The notes: generated from the sequence alone by a model not told the origin. Counted from the first letter of the stretch, positions 9,671 to 20,378 are shown. The stretch is 64,000 nt of DNA from Spirochaetales bacterium Spiro_09 (GCA_001604385.1 LVBK01000009.1:23195-87194); one strand, 5' to 3'. Program-made: numbers and translations.

Positions 9671-10900
9671 TTAACGAAGTAATACTTCATCGACATGCTC
9701 GATAATTTTATCCGCGGCCCGAGTTCCGGTTTCGCCAAATATGTGCATATTTTTTTTTCGTACCTCTTTCAAAGGATCAGCGCCCGATAATAAAGTACTC
9801 ATGCACTGCACAAGATTTTCCGGGGTATACACAATATAGTATCCTTTAATTATTTCTTGTCCAAGCGTATTGTATCCTGCAGAATTCTTGTTTGCCAATA
9901 ATATAACCGGTTGACCACTTGGAGCAAATTCACCAATGAACGAAACACAATCTGTCACCAGAAGGCACGCCTCTTGAAAAAGGGGAATATAATTCCCGCC
10001 TGTAAAAATGGCAGTATGGTCTTGTTCAGTCCAGAACGAAAACCATACGTCTGTCTCTTGTTCTGTCAAAATATTTTGTTTTATCAGCTCGTACTTGAAC
10101 CGGGGATGAGGCTTAAGTGTCCATGTATAGTCCGGATTTTTTTTGACAAAATCCATTATTAGTTTTCCGCTCCATGTGAAAGTAGCACACTTTAATCGTC
10201 CGGTAAAACTGTGATGGGGCGCGTAAATAATGACTTTACGGTCAACGTCAGACATTCTGTCATCAATATAGGCATCAAGTTTTGGATATCCTGTGACCCT
10301 GCAATTTTTCGCCTTGTTTGCCATCCATACCTTGTAGTCGCTGTACGTTATTTCGTCTGACAGGAAGAATCGCCACAGTTTGATATGGAAACCAAGATTC
10401 CAGTCATTAGGATCATTTATGACCGGCATCGAATAGGGTATATATGCAGTCAAGGCAGATCGGGAAACATGCTCAATATTCTGTTTCCCCGGTATCCAGC
10501 CCCAGGGTTGCATATAAAACACGATATCCGGTGCCAATGAGAGAATATCCAGATCAATACTGGTATCAGGATCATAACCCCTTATAAAGGATATGGATCG
10601 GCTATGAAAAAAGGCACAATCATCTTCATACCCGGTACGGGTTTTTCTTTCCGCTTCGCTTTGTATTTGTCTGCACACGACTATGTAGGGATCATACAGA
10701 GGAGAGACACTCATTGAGTCATAAACGGATTGAGCATTCCATTTTGAATTATCATTTACCAGAAAAAGGACTTTAGTGGTGTGACCATGACGAACCCTTT
10801 TACGGATTCTTGCGAGTATGCAAAAGTATCTGGCCTGATACAAAAGGGATACAAAATACCTGAAAATATTTCTTGGGGTCTCTATGCGTGGGAGCTTCAT
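9671..10900 (-). CDS. CDP-glycerol glycerophosphotransferase (TagF-like) family protein
   Basis: 'VTGYPKLD', 'IIYAPHHS', 'LKPHP', 'LVTDCVSFIGEF'. Confidence 0.72.
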   Translation of the reverse strand: MKLPRIETPRNIFRYFVSLLYQARYFCILARIRKRVRHGHTTKVLFLVNDNSKWNAQSVYDSMSVSPLYDPYIVVCRQIQSEAERKTRTGYEDDCAFFHSRSISFIRGYDPDTSIDLDILSLAPDIVFYMQPWGWIPGKQNIEHVSRSALTAYIPYSMPVINDPNDWNLGFHIKLWRFFLSDEITYSDYKVWMANKAKNCRVTGYPKLDAYIDDRMSDVDRKVIIYAPHHSFTGRLKCATFTWSGKLIMDFVKKNPDYTWTLKPHPRFKYELIKQNILTEQETDVWFSFWTEQDHTAIFTGGNYIPLFQEACLLVTDCVSFIGEFAPSGQPVILLANKNSAGYNTLGQEIIKGYYIVYTPENLVQCMSTLLSGADPLKEVRKKNMHIFGETGTRAADKIIEHVDEVLLR

Positions 10901-12105
10901 TTTTTTGTTTCTTTCGACTGTGAGATTTGAGATGAGTCTGAATCAATTGAGTTCTTTGGCAAGAGAATATTCTCGAATTTCCCCGCCCAGTCAAAACAGA
11001 ACCGCGAGCGTTTTTCTGTACACAAGCGATGAATAACCGCATACTCTTTTTCCGAGGAATAGAGAGCATAAATTTTATCAGCAAGAATTGTGGCGTCACC
11101 TGGCGGAAATAACAGTGTAGCATCTTCCAGCATATCGGGAATACCGCCTGTTGTGCTGGCCAATACCGGCAGACCAACATGAAGGGCCTCCAGAATGGTA
11201 TTAGGATAACTGTCAAAGAGAGAGGGGACAATCAACAGATCGGATTGTTTCATCCAGTTCAAGGGATTATCCGATTTACCGTGATAATGGACATACTTTG
11301 TGATATCGAGTGAAACCGCAATCTGACGAAAATATTCCCAATCGGTGCCAGCCGCGATAATATCAAGAGATATATCCCGAATTCCCCTCTCTACAAGAAG
11401 TGAAAGCGCGTTCAATAACACAGACAATCCTTTTCGTTTCCCGAGCGTTCCGACGAAAAGTATTTTTCTGCACTCATGACTCGTATTCGACAGCGCAAAT
11501 TCAGGTTTGAACCTGGGTTGAAGTATATCCCCAGGAATTATTGACGACTTGGAAGGAATATTCAAAGATGGATGGCGATCAGAGAAAGAGGTTAAATCAA
11601 AGGAACTTTGAAAAACAACTGTATGACACCGTGAAAGAATTTCGCGTTCCTCTAGCCATTGTTTTGCGTTTTCAATAAAAAACAATACCTGCTGCTGTAT
11701 AGTGACGGGATAAAACTTGCGATACGCATTGTTTTCTGCTATGAGATCACTGCGAAATGCAAAAAGTATGGGCGCCTTCGAATAGGCTGAAAACCATCGT
11801 GCGGCTTTCCAGTGTGTTTCACCGAAAATAATAAGCCAATCAGTCAGCAGCAGATTTTTGTTACTCCGGACATGCTTTTTGATTGCAAGAAAAAAAAGCA
11901 CGCTTAAGGGAATTACTCTTCTCTTTTTATCGTACTCAAGGGGAATGCGTATCTCGTTACAAAACACCGGATGCCAATCCAGGTGGTCATTGACAAAAAG
12001 AGTAACTTGATGTCCTTTGGACGATAATGCCTCCATCAATTCAAGATATCTCTTGTTGCCGCCTGTTCTGATTTCGTTATTTAAAAAAAGCCCTGTAATT
12101 CTCAT
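10897..12105 (-). CDS. GT4 glycosyltransferase
   Basis: 'TGGNKR', 'FVGTLGKRKG', 'VPSLFDSYPNTILEALHVGLPV'. Confidence 0.85.
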   Translation of the reverse strand: MRITGLFLNNEIRTGGNKRYLELMEALSSKGHQVTLFVNDHLDWHPVFCNEIRIPLEYDKKRRVIPLSVLFFLAIKKHVRSNKNLLLTDWLIIFGETHWKAARWFSAYSKAPILFAFRSDLIAENNAYRKFYPVTIQQQVLFFIENAKQWLEEREILSRCHTVVFQSSFDLTSFSDRHPSLNIPSKSSIIPGDILQPRFKPEFALSNTSHECRKILFVGTLGKRKGLSVLLNALSLLVERGIRDISLDIIAAGTDWEYFRQIAVSLDITKYVHYHGKSDNPLNWMKQSDLLIVPSLFDSYPNTILEALHVGLPVLASTTGGIPDMLEDATLLFPPGDATILADKIYALYSSEKEYAVIHRLCTEKRSRFCFDWAGKFENILLPKNSIDSDSSQISQSKETKK

Positions 12106-13211
12106 CCTGCACTGACCAGTACGGTATTAAACCAAATATCGTCAATATTTTCTGGAGTAAATGAAAGTATATAGTTGTGAGCCTTATCGGCGTAATTCTT
12201 TGCCATTTCTTTATCCGTGAGCATTTTCCGGATGGCTTGCGCTAGTTTTTCAATGTCATTCATATCGACAATAATCCCGTTTTCTCCACCTTCCATCAAA
12301 TCACTAATGCCGGGGGCATTGTACACTACCGAAGGAACACCGCATTGCATTGCTTCTACAAGTGCCCCGGGCATTCCTTCAAATGCAGAGGTCATGACAA
12401 ACACGTCTGACTGTTGAAGAAAATGGGCTACATGCTCGGTTCTTCCCGGCAACGAGACATAGGTTGAAATATCAAGATCGGCGACCTGCTTTTCAAGATT
12501 TCTCCGTTCAGGTCCATCACCAAAGATTATCAAACCGGTATCGGGTTTCACTTTATGCAACAAGGAAAAAGCGGCAATTAGCTGATCAAATTGTTTTTGC
12601 GGAACAAGCCGCCCCAGAGAAATAACTACCGAGGATAATGAATTACAGTGGGGCAAAAATGATTGTATCGATTGCCCCGTGTCTGTCTTCGACAACAGTT
12701 TAATGGAATTTGGAACTATATGAATCTTGCTCGGGTTAATGTGCGGAAGCGAGGATGTAAGGTCTGATCTCATGCTGTCGGAAAGAACACATATCTTTTC
12801 AGCAAAACCGTAGAATATGAAACGTAAAATCTTTTGTCGTATATCAACATCCCTCCGGTTGATCATATTTCGTTCGGAAATGATTACCGGCACGGGGAGA
12901 CCCATGCTTGAAAGAATCGTAAAGATATTCGCTTTAACAAGAAAACTGATAACGAAATGAGGCTTCCTGTCTCTAATTATTGCTCTGATTTTAAATAAGG
13001 TATTTAAATGGGCCTGTATGTTCCACCACTTTTTTCTTCGTATGTTCACTGATATTCGGTCTACGTTATCTTGTAAAGAAAAAAAATCTTTACCAGGATT
13101 CAATGTTACTACAGTTATCTCATGATTTGTTGACCATCGGTTAGCAAGATCGCACAGGGAATTTTCAGCGCCGCCCATTCCCAAAGAAGGGATAACAAAT
13201 ACTATCTTCAT
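12102..13211 (-). CDS. GT4 glycosyltransferase (PglH/PglJ/AmsD-like)
   Basis: 'SLGMGGAEN', 'IISERN', 'LGRLVPQKQFD', 'TSAFEGMPGALVEAMQCG'. Start at ATG 13211 overlaps the upstream stop (ATGA). Confidence 0.87.
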   Translation of the reverse strand: MKIVFVIPSLGMGGAENSLCDLANRWSTNHEITVVTLNPGKDFFSLQDNVDRISVNIRRKKWWNIQAHLNTLFKIRAIIRDRKPHFVISFLVKANIFTILSSMGLPVPVIISERNMINRRDVDIRQKILRFIFYGFAEKICVLSDSMRSDLTSSLPHINPSKIHIVPNSIKLLSKTDTGQSIQSFLPHCNSLSSVVISLGRLVPQKQFDQLIAAFSLLHKVKPDTGLIIFGDGPERRNLEKQVADLDISTYVSLPGRTEHVAHFLQQSDVFVMTSAFEGMPGALVEAMQCGVPSVVYNAPGISDLMEGGENGIIVDMNDIEKLAQAIRKMLTDKEMAKNYADKAHNYILSFTPENIDDIWFNTVLVSAG

Positions 13212-14200
13212 GTTTTTTTGCTCTTTCGGGTAATCGTATTCATACATTTGATACAAGGGGCAAGCAAGATACTGAATGCAATAAAAATATACCATAATGG
13301 ATCTACCCTGAAATACACAAAGGATAAATCCATGAATGTTATGTTACCGCTCCTGATCTTCTTTTTTAATATTGATCGTCTGATATAGTTCGAATATTTC
13401 TTGAGGAGTGTGCGTACTCCAGGAAATCTTTTATAAATATCATCTGAGCGTAATAAATCCTTGATAGTATCATCGCTACAGGTTTCTATTTTAGGGGCTA
13501 CTTTTTTTGTTACCATGTTAACAGAGTCCCGATGATAAATTGCAGTAGGCTCTGGCAACCACTCCAGCGTATTCCTCGAGACAGCTCTGAGCCAGGTTTC
13601 CCGGTCACCACCTCTGGAAAAACCTTTATGTTCGGGGAACTGACCTATGTCAAAGAAAAAATCTTTTCTCATAGCGCACGCAGAGGTAAATACCGGATTT
13701 TTCGAATTTATTGTTAATTGAAGGTATGTTGGCAAATCAATTGAGGCCTCTGACGTTGTTTCTACTCTGTTGGCAGGGTATATCTTGCCATTACCATAGT
13801 TTTCAAAACAATTTGTACTTAAAAACGTTGATTCGGGCTTTCTCGAAATATGCTGATATAAATTATCCAGATGACTATCTTTCCATTCGTCGTCCGCATC
13901 CAGAAAGGCGAGCCATGTCCCCCGCGCATTGGCTGCAGCCAAATTCCGTGCAGCATAGCCGCCGGGTCCCGGAACAGATCGCGTTAATACTTTAACATTT
14001 TTACAATTTTCTATTATCTGCATGAGATGGTCGAGACTGTCGTCGGTTGACGCATCATTGACTACGATCAATTCAAACTGAACATTTTTTTGCCTCAGTG
14101 CGCTTTCCACGCAACGCTTTATATGAGGCCCCTTATTATACATTGGAACGATTACAGAGAAAAAAGGTACTGGTTCGTTCTCTTCTGAATTTGAATACAT
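13208..14200 (-). CDS. GT2 glycosyltransferase
   Basis: 'FSVIVPMYN', 'VVNDASTD', 'AARN', 'AFLDADDEW'; start at ATG 14200 after GGAGG. Confidence 0.9.
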   Translation of the reverse strand: MYSNSEENEPVPFFSVIVPMYNKGPHIKRCVESALRQKNVQFELIVVNDASTDDSLDHLMQIIENCKNVKVLTRSVPGPGGYAARNLAAANARGTWLAFLDADDEWKDSHLDNLYQHISRKPESTFLSTNCFENYGNGKIYPANRVETTSEASIDLPTYLQLTINSKNPVFTSACAMRKDFFFDIGQFPEHKGFSRGGDRETWLRAVSRNTLEWLPEPTAIYHRDSVNMVTKKVAPKIETCSDDTIKDLLRSDDIYKRFPGVRTLLKKYSNYIRRSILKKKIRSGNITFMDLSFVYFRVDPLWYIFIAFSILLAPCIKCMNTITRKSKKT

Positions 14201-14212
14201 CGCAACCTCCAT

Positions 14213-14989
14213 TCAAGAGAAATTCCGTAAAACACATGCCGGTCGAATCCGTAACAAATTCTTAAAAAGCTTCTTTGGTTTTAACAGAATGCCAGAATTA
14301 AAATAGGTTGATTTCACAGTATCCATGCCACTCACATTGTCACCATATCCAATTCTGTAGGCAGACAAGGGTCGATTAACTTCAGTGAACCTGGTTTCGG
14401 GATTGTTGGCAAAATGATCCTGTATGAATCGGTGTGAGCCAAGCATCCTGGCCGCCCATTGAAAATCGATATCTTCAACTTTCTTCGGAATTGCAAGCAA
14501 ATCTGAGCGAACTATAACGCTTGTGCCGCATACCTTGTTGAATCCCCTGTTAATGAGATAGCAAATTCCGGAAGAATCGAAAACATAACCGGCGTTTAAT
14601 ATCCAACCGGGAGCATCCGGATTCTTTCGGAGCAAATCAGTAATTTTTCTATGAATCAAATCATCATAGTCGACAACCATGACATGACCCTTTGGCTGGC
14701 ATTTAACAAGCGCATGCATAATCCTGGCTCCCTTATCCAGACGGATCGCATCATATCGTTGTTCCGTTTGCAAGGGGGGTAATTCGACATATGGCAAATC
14801 CATTTCTACAAGATGAGCTCCGTGTAGCTGAGGGAGATCAGAACCCCGTGATGCCGCGACGAACACCGCTCCGCCTGTTGCATGCAATGAACTCAAGGTT
14901 TTTTCGAGTATGTCCTTTATCTGCGCCCAATTTTTTACACCCTTCGGGTCACGAACGGGCACTACAAATACAAGAGATCCATCACTCAT
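14213..14989 (-). CDS. putative GT-A glycosyltransferase
   Basis: 'VFVVPVR', 'DKG', 'MVVDYDD' (DxD), 'CGTS', 'LGSH'; glycan-locus context. Confidence 0.6.
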   Translation of the reverse strand: MSDGSLVFVVPVRDPKGVKNWAQIKDILEKTLSSLHATGGAVFVAASRGSDLPQLHGAHLVEMDLPYVELPPLQTEQRYDAIRLDKGARIMHALVKCQPKGHVMVVDYDDLIHRKITDLLRKNPDAPGWILNAGYVFDSSGICYLINRGFNKVCGTSVIVRSDLLAIPKKVEDIDFQWAARMLGSHRFIQDHFANNPETRFTEVNRPLSAYRIGYGDNVSGMDTVKSTYFNSGILLKPKKLFKNLLRIRPACVLRNFS

Positions 14990-14998
14990 GTGTACACC

Positions 14999-15826
14999 TC
15001 AATACCCAAAAAAATCATTCGGAAATGTGTTGTACATTTCAGTACTATTTATTCGTGGTGCTTCCAGCATCATACCATTGTCACTGTTCATACCGTCAAG
15101 AAAAGTCTCTGTAATATTCGGTATTGACCTACCGGTGCCCGCGATATAATCGTGATACTTGAATAGAGTTTCGCTTTTAAAGGGTTTAAACAAACGCACC
15201 GGGACACCGAAGGCTTCAGCAAGAATCAGGCCGTGCAAGGATGAAGCCAGGACCAATTCACTTGACAGAATGTGCTGTACTACAACTGACCAATGAAGGA
15301 GGGGAGAAATGAGCTGAACATGTTTATGTTTAAGTTTCTTGCAGGCTCTATACTCATTCAAATTCGGAATTGCAATAACTTTATTTTTCTTTGGCATATA
15401 TTTCAGTCCAGGATATAGCGAGGGCAACAGAAGAGCGGGATCCCCGTACCTGTCAGGTACTTCAATGCCAAACTTGCGAACAAGAAAGTCGCGAGTTAAG
15501 GGCCCGCGCACAAGTCTGACATCAAGCTGTTTGAATGAATATTTGCTTTCCTTTATTTTACCGTTAATGCCTGATCCCCATATTATATCATTATCCCGGG
15601 CAAAATGGATAATTGATCCCACAGCCAATAATCTTTTTTTGTGGTCACTCTCCCTGCATTGAATTCCCCGATTCCGGGCAATATCTGAAACGATTATAGT
15701 CGACAAATAATCACCGAAATTGTGCCCATATATCCATTTATAGTTCTTGTTTTTTTTAAACCACACCAGATTGCGTATATACTCTTCATTGGCCTGTAAT
15801 TCATGGATGTAACGGTAGTTGAACAT
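14999..15826 (-). CDS. polysaccharide pyruvyltransferase (ExoV-like)
   Basis: 'NFGDYLS', 'AVGSI', 'WGSG', 'VRGPLT', 'DPALL', 'SSLHGLILAEAFGVP', 'FKYHDY'. Confidence 0.9.
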   Translation of the reverse strand: MFNYRYIHELQANEEYIRNLVWFKKNKNYKWIYGHNFGDYLSTIIVSDIARNRGIQCRESDHKKRLLAVGSIIHFARDNDIIWGSGINGKIKESKYSFKQLDVRLVRGPLTRDFLVRKFGIEVPDRYGDPALLLPSLYPGLKYMPKKNKVIAIPNLNEYRACKKLKHKHVQLISPLLHWSVVVQHILSSELVLASSLHGLILAEAFGVPVRLFKPFKSETLFKYHDYIAGTGRSIPNITETFLDGMNSDNGMMLEAPRINSTEMYNTFPNDFFGY

Positions 15827-15829
15827 ATG

Positions 15830-16912
15830 TCAGGTTCCTATTAATTCGGCATACCTACTTGCTACCACAGCAAGAGAGTTATTGCTTTCTACTGCCTGAA
15901 AGGCTTGTTTTCCCATACTCTTTATTTTCTCTGGATTGATCTTAAAATCATGTACAACCTGTCCCAGAATTTTGGTTAATGCGGTCAAATGGTCTTCATC
16001 AAGGTTGTAATCATAACCATAATAAAAATCTCCATCGGCATATTCTTTCAATGTACCGATTAAGGGACTGACCACAGTTCGTGAATAACTGAAGGCCAAC
16101 AGTATGGTGCCGGAATTCAAACTGGATTGTTTGTTATATGGAAGGACAAGAATATCGTGCTGTTGCAACAATGTTGAAAGCTCGTCATCGGGAATAAACC
16201 TGAAATCGGTTTTAATTCTGGTATCTTTTTCCACAAGAGACATTATTTTGCTCGAATAAGAGTCGGAACTCACACTGCCTGCGATGAGCAGTTCAACAGG
16301 GACCTCAGTATCCAACCGGGAAAACGCTTCTATGAGGAGTTCTATATTTTTATATGGGCGGATCAATCCTACAAAGAGAAATCGAATCACTGATCGAGTA
16401 CTTTCACCAACCTCGACATACTCCGGATACGAACCTATGTAGTTAGGGTGTGGGATCTTGAATATCTTATTATTAACAGCATCCTCGGCTATACCCAAAT
16501 CCCGAAGCGCTGTTACGGATTCATCGCACAATATGACGGTTCTTTTCGTAAGGTGAAAAAGGATTTTCATTAATATAACTGAAAATTTGTGTGCATTATG
16601 CGGTTTCCTGTTATGCAGAACCCAGTACAGATCTTTGCCAAGAAGCTTTAAATACACCAGACGGAGTAACTTTTTCAGAAAAATCGGTAAATAATTGCGC
16701 TCCGGGAGCGCCTCATACCAATTAAAGAGAAATGCATCTATTTTATCATAATCAGACAGGCGAATTTTAGATTCATGGATGGTATATCCGCTCATCCTCA
16801 AAGCGTCAAGAATCAGGGACACGAATTTATTCATTTTATGGACTTGCGGAAAAATACATACTGTTTTTGCCATTTTCTTATCACACCCTGTACACAATAC
16901 TGTAGTATTCAT
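15830..16912 (-). CDS. GT4-type glycosyltransferase (GumI-like)
   Basis: 'WVLHNRKPH', 'IPHPNY', 'FVGLIRPYKNIE', 'LPY..SLNSG..LAFSY'. Confidence 0.78.
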   Translation of the reverse strand: MNTTVLCTGCDKKMAKTVCIFPQVHKMNKFVSLILDALRMSGYTIHESKIRLSDYDKIDAFLFNWYEALPERNYLPIFLKKLLRLVYLKLLGKDLYWVLHNRKPHNAHKFSVILMKILFHLTKRTVILCDESVTALRDLGIAEDAVNNKIFKIPHPNYIGSYPEYVEVGESTRSVIRFLFVGLIRPYKNIELLIEAFSRLDTEVPVELLIAGSVSSDSYSSKIMSLVEKDTRIKTDFRFIPDDELSTLLQQHDILVLPYNKQSSLNSGTILLAFSYSRTVVSPLIGTLKEYADGDFYYGYDYNLDEDHLTALTKILGQVVHDFKINPEKIKSMGKQAFQAVESNNSLAVVASRYAELIGT

Positions 16913-16915
16913 TGG

Positions 16916-18688
16916 TTAGGAATCAGTAGATTTTAATGTGTCATATGTTCCCTGACTAATAATCTTGCCCTTTTCAAGCGTGTAAATCACATCACATTTT
17001 GACAGCGTACTGATTCGGTGCGCTATCAAAATAATAGTTCTGGTACCCTGCAAACTGTCAATCGCTTCCATTACAGCTTTTTCGGTTTGTCCGTCCAGGG
17101 CGCTTGTTGCCTCGTCCATGATCAACACCGAGGGGTCGCGGTATAAGGCACGGGCAATGCCCAATCGTTGGCGCTGCCCGCCTGAGAGACGTATACCGCG
17201 TTCTCCGATCCCGGTATCATAACCTGACGGGAGCTCATTTGTAATAAAGCCGTGGATTTGTGCCATACTCGCTGCCCGTATCACCGCTTCCATATTTATA
17301 TTCTCTTTCGGTACGCCAAACGCAATGTTTTCTGCGACCGTTGCGTCTGATAAAAAAATATTCTGAGGTACGTATCCTACGTTCATTTGCCATGAGCGAA
17401 TGTTTGAACTGTTTACCGGATTCCCGTCCACGGTTATGCTTCCATGCTCTGGATGCAATAAGCCCAGAATTATATCGATTAAAGTTGTCTTGCCCGATCC
17501 GGTGGTCCCGGCAAAGCCGACCAATGAATTTGCCTTGATCGTTAAGTTCAATCCTTCAATGACCGGTCTTATGGATTGCGGATATGCAAAAGATATGTCG
17601 GAAAGGGTAAGCTTATCCTTGAATACGATTCTGCCCTGAGAGGATACTGAGTCTTTACTAGATAAAGAGACGAGTTTAAATTGTTGTACAATTTTTTCAG
17701 CGGTATGCGATCCGTATTTTATTTTTGTCAACGCTTTAAATAATCCCTGTATTGCAGGTATCATGCGGTATCCCGCATAGGCATACAAGGTTACGGTCCC
17801 GGCCACATCGGTGAAATTTCCGGACTGAATCAACGCAACCAGTACAAAAAGCATGATACTGGAAAAAGCTACGGTCTCGAGGGCAAATTTTGGTATATCC
17901 CCGATAATTTCCTGCACGGACTCGTTGATTGCCATCCGCTGTGAGGGATATTTATAACTGTCAAGAAAGACTCTCTCCGTGCCGGTTATTTTTACCTCTT
18001 TAATTCCCCAAAAGGCCTCACTCAACACCTTCGACCGTATAGAGTTCAATTCAAACCGGGTCGTACCTAGTTCTTTAAGCTTGTTTCGGACAAAAACATA
18101 GATGGTACCGTAAATGACGACAACCGCGCCGGTTATCCCCAATGTACTGACGGGATTCACAATAAACAGAAAAGCAGTGAGCAAGAACACCTGGATAATT
18201 CGGGAAAGCAAATCGACAAACTGCATCAGGGTGCCCTGAATCATCTGCTGTATTTCAATATTTATATTCTTGACGAGCTCCGGGCTTGATTTATCCAGGA
18301 AAAAAACATAGTCCTGCATCAGGTAGCCCTTCATAAGGCGCATTGCCAGCGTATGACGTCGCATGCTGGTAAATTTCACCTTTATATAATGCATGATTGC
18401 CTGGCTTACATTCGTCAGTATTAAAAAAAACAGGACTGCAATTCCGGTAAAAATTATAAACTGCAATTCAGTTTCAAAGGAAAGCAGGGTGTATACATAC
18501 AATAGCAATTCATTGGAGTAGATAGATTCGGGTTTCGCTGCAATTGTCATAAAAGGCATAATTGAGCCAACCCCGATTATTTCAATCAAAGACATGAAAA
18601 TAGCCATAAGAATGACCGCCCCAAGTCGCAGTCGCTCACCACGAGTCAATAAACTCATAACCTGAAAAATATTACTGAACGATTTCAT
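16916..18688 (-). CDS. ABC transporter permease/ATPase, PglK-like lipid-linked oligosaccharide flippase
   Basis: TM domain with an external helix after TM1; Walker A GTTGSGKT, signature LSGGQRQ, Walker B LIMDEATSALD. Confidence 0.85.
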   Translation of the reverse strand: MKSFSNIFQVMSLLTRGERLRLGAVILMAIFMSLIEIIGVGSIMPFMTIAAKPESIYSNELLLYVYTLLSFETELQFIIFTGIAVLFFLILTNVSQAIMHYIKVKFTSMRRHTLAMRLMKGYLMQDYVFFLDKSSPELVKNINIEIQQMIQGTLMQFVDLLSRIIQVFLLTAFLFIVNPVSTLGITGAVVVIYGTIYVFVRNKLKELGTTRFELNSIRSKVLSEAFWGIKEVKITGTERVFLDSYKYPSQRMAINESVQEIIGDIPKFALETVAFSSIMLFVLVALIQSGNFTDVAGTVTLYAYAGYRMIPAIQGLFKALTKIKYGSHTAEKIVQQFKLVSLSSKDSVSSQGRIVFKDKLTLSDISFAYPQSIRPVIEGLNLTIKANSLVGFAGTTGSGKTTLIDIILGLLHPEHGSITVDGNPVNSSNIRSWQMNVGYVPQNIFLSDATVAENIAFGVPKENINMEAVIRAASMAQIHGFITNELPSGYDTGIGERGIRLSGGQRQRLGIARALYRDPSVLIMDEATSALDGQTEKAVMEAIDSLQGTRTIILIAHRISTLSKCDVIYTLEKGKIISQGTYDTLKSTDS

Positions 18689-18725
18689 CGTATCCCCTGA
18701 AAATAAATATATTGACCTCTATAAA

Positions 18726-20378
18726 TCAGAACCTGAACGTAAAACCTGAGGCTAGATGAACATTGTATCGGTGAATGCTTGAAACATTCGCCTGGTAGTC
18801 GTAGTTATGCGAATCGATGAGTGCAATGCGATAAGACAAAATCGCGGAGTTATGTATTGCATGAATGCCCTGTATTCCATATGCAAGATCGGCACGGAAT
18901 TTATATTCGTCGCTTCGCTTTTCCGGTCTATCACCCCACATATTCATAAACCATACATAATCATTGTCAGGGTTCACGCGCTGAAAAAACAACCTGATTA
19001 TACCGTTGGGATACATGGTTTCAAGGGCGAGGTATTGACTGTTCCCGCCCGTGCCCATACCGGCCCCAAGCCATTGTCCCTCATTGGTATAGCCCTGCAA
19101 AATCTTATGATGGCCATAGAATGTCTGCTTCCACAAGAATTCAAGATCCCTGCTCGATTCAAGGTTTGTCAGTTCAATCAGCAACCTGCTGTCAAGGCCA
19201 CCTGCTACCGGAATGACAAAGCCCTTTTCACCGCCAACGGTATACCCCTGGGTATGAAAGGGGTATCTGATTATATAATCAAGACTGGGGCTATAATCAT
19301 TTCGTCCCCATTCCAGGTACAAATTGAGGTCAACCTTCGGCAATTCATACTGGAACGTCAGTGATGCCCTCTGATCTCGTTCGTCGCTCCCTGCTGACTG
19401 TTTCATGAAAGGCCATAAAAGTGTCAGCACCGATGAATAATCGGCAGCTTCCCAGTCGGACAACATGGTGCGGTGAAAGCCGAAGGTAAAACCGCTCATG
19501 AAAGAGGGGGCAAAGGAAAAAGAAACGGCGGTAAGCAGATTGTGGTCATTCGCCGAATCATTGTCAAAATACTCCGATTCGGACAACTTGCCCCACCAGG
19601 AGCGAAATTCTACATCTCCGGCATGATACCCCAAAAGCGATATTTCCTGTCTTCGAAGGCCAATATCGATTTTGGGATAGGGAGACGCGTTGTCCGAATG
19701 CAGAATCGGATTGATCCGGGCAGGTCCAAGCCACACGGATTGTGTACCAAACCCGACCGTAAGGGTTTTATAGCTGTAGCGAATTTCTGATTCCCCCCAG
19801 CTAAAGGCATACAGGGGCAGATCTCCGAAGCGCTGGGGTGCGTCAATTGAACCAATTCCGTAATACCCCCAGGTATCTGCCTTGTCCTCGAAACCTGGTC
19901 CGGAATATGCTGACGGTATCAGCTCGAAGGCAGTGTTTTGGGAACAGGTTAATTGAGGCTTGAAAGTCGCCTCAAAACCTGCATACGAAGCAGTAAACCC
20001 TGCAATCAAGGACGAATTAAACCCGCGCCCCTGCCACAGTGATCCGTCATTTTGCCCATAGGGAACCGTCGAATTCCATGAGGCATATACGCTGGGCATA
20101 TGAAGCCGCAACAAAACCTTTCCGAACGAAAGGGGCGCGCCCGGTGCGAAAACATCCAGCTTGTCAGCACCGTCAAAATTGTTCCCTGCGGGAAGTTTGT
20201 CAGACAGGGTTCTATAGTTCAGATAGGGGCGTGCCTCCGGAGACCCGGAATACAGATGTTCAAGATAGACGTCGGAGGGAATTTGGAACCCGGTTTGCGA
20301 AAAAATACTGCAAGCAAAAAAAATTAAAACAACACTTGAATAAAACAGCTTCACTTGCAGCACATCCTTCTCATTCAT
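18726..20378 (-). CDS. capsule assembly Wzi-family outer-membrane protein
   Basis: Signal peptide, 'PYGQNDGSLWQGRG', 'PQRFG', 'WLGP', 'YTNEGQWLGAGMGTGGNSQY', C-terminal Phe (FTFRF). Start trimmed to 20378, or a downstream GTG. Confidence 0.72.
   Translation of the reverse strand: MNEKDVLQVKLFYSSVVLIFFACSIFSQTGFQIPSDVYLEHLYSGSPEARPYLNYRTLSDKLPAGNNFDGADKLDVFAPGAPLSFGKVLLRLHMPSVYASWNSTVPYGQNDGSLWQGRGFNSSLIAGFTASYAGFEATFKPQLTCSQNTAFELIPSAYSGPGFEDKADTWGYYGIGSIDAPQRFGDLPLYAFSWGESEIRYSYKTLTVGFGTQSVWLGPARINPILHSDNASPYPKIDIGLRRQEISLLGYHAGDVEFRSWWGKLSESEYFDNDSANDHNLLTAVSFSFAPSFMSGFTFGFHRTMLSDWEAADYSSVLTLLWPFMKQSAGSDERDQRASLTFQYELPKVDLNLYLEWGRNDYSPSLDYIIRYPFHTQGYTVGGEKGFVIPVAGGLDSRLLIELTNLESSRDLEFLWKQTFYGHHKILQGYTNEGQWLGAGMGTGGNSQYLALETMYPNGIIRLFFQRVNPDNDYVWFMNMWGDRPEKRSDEYKFRADLAYGIQGIHAIHNSAILSYRIALIDSHNYDYQANVSSIHRYNVHLASGFTFRF

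Noticed and set aside
9750-20323. A/T homopolymers of 8-9 nt in glycan genes (e.g. 9750, 15749, 20315) as phase-variation tracts
   Set aside because: All frames are intact, the runs encode Lys/Phe in AT-rich DNA, and there are no long G/C tracts; read-level data would be needed
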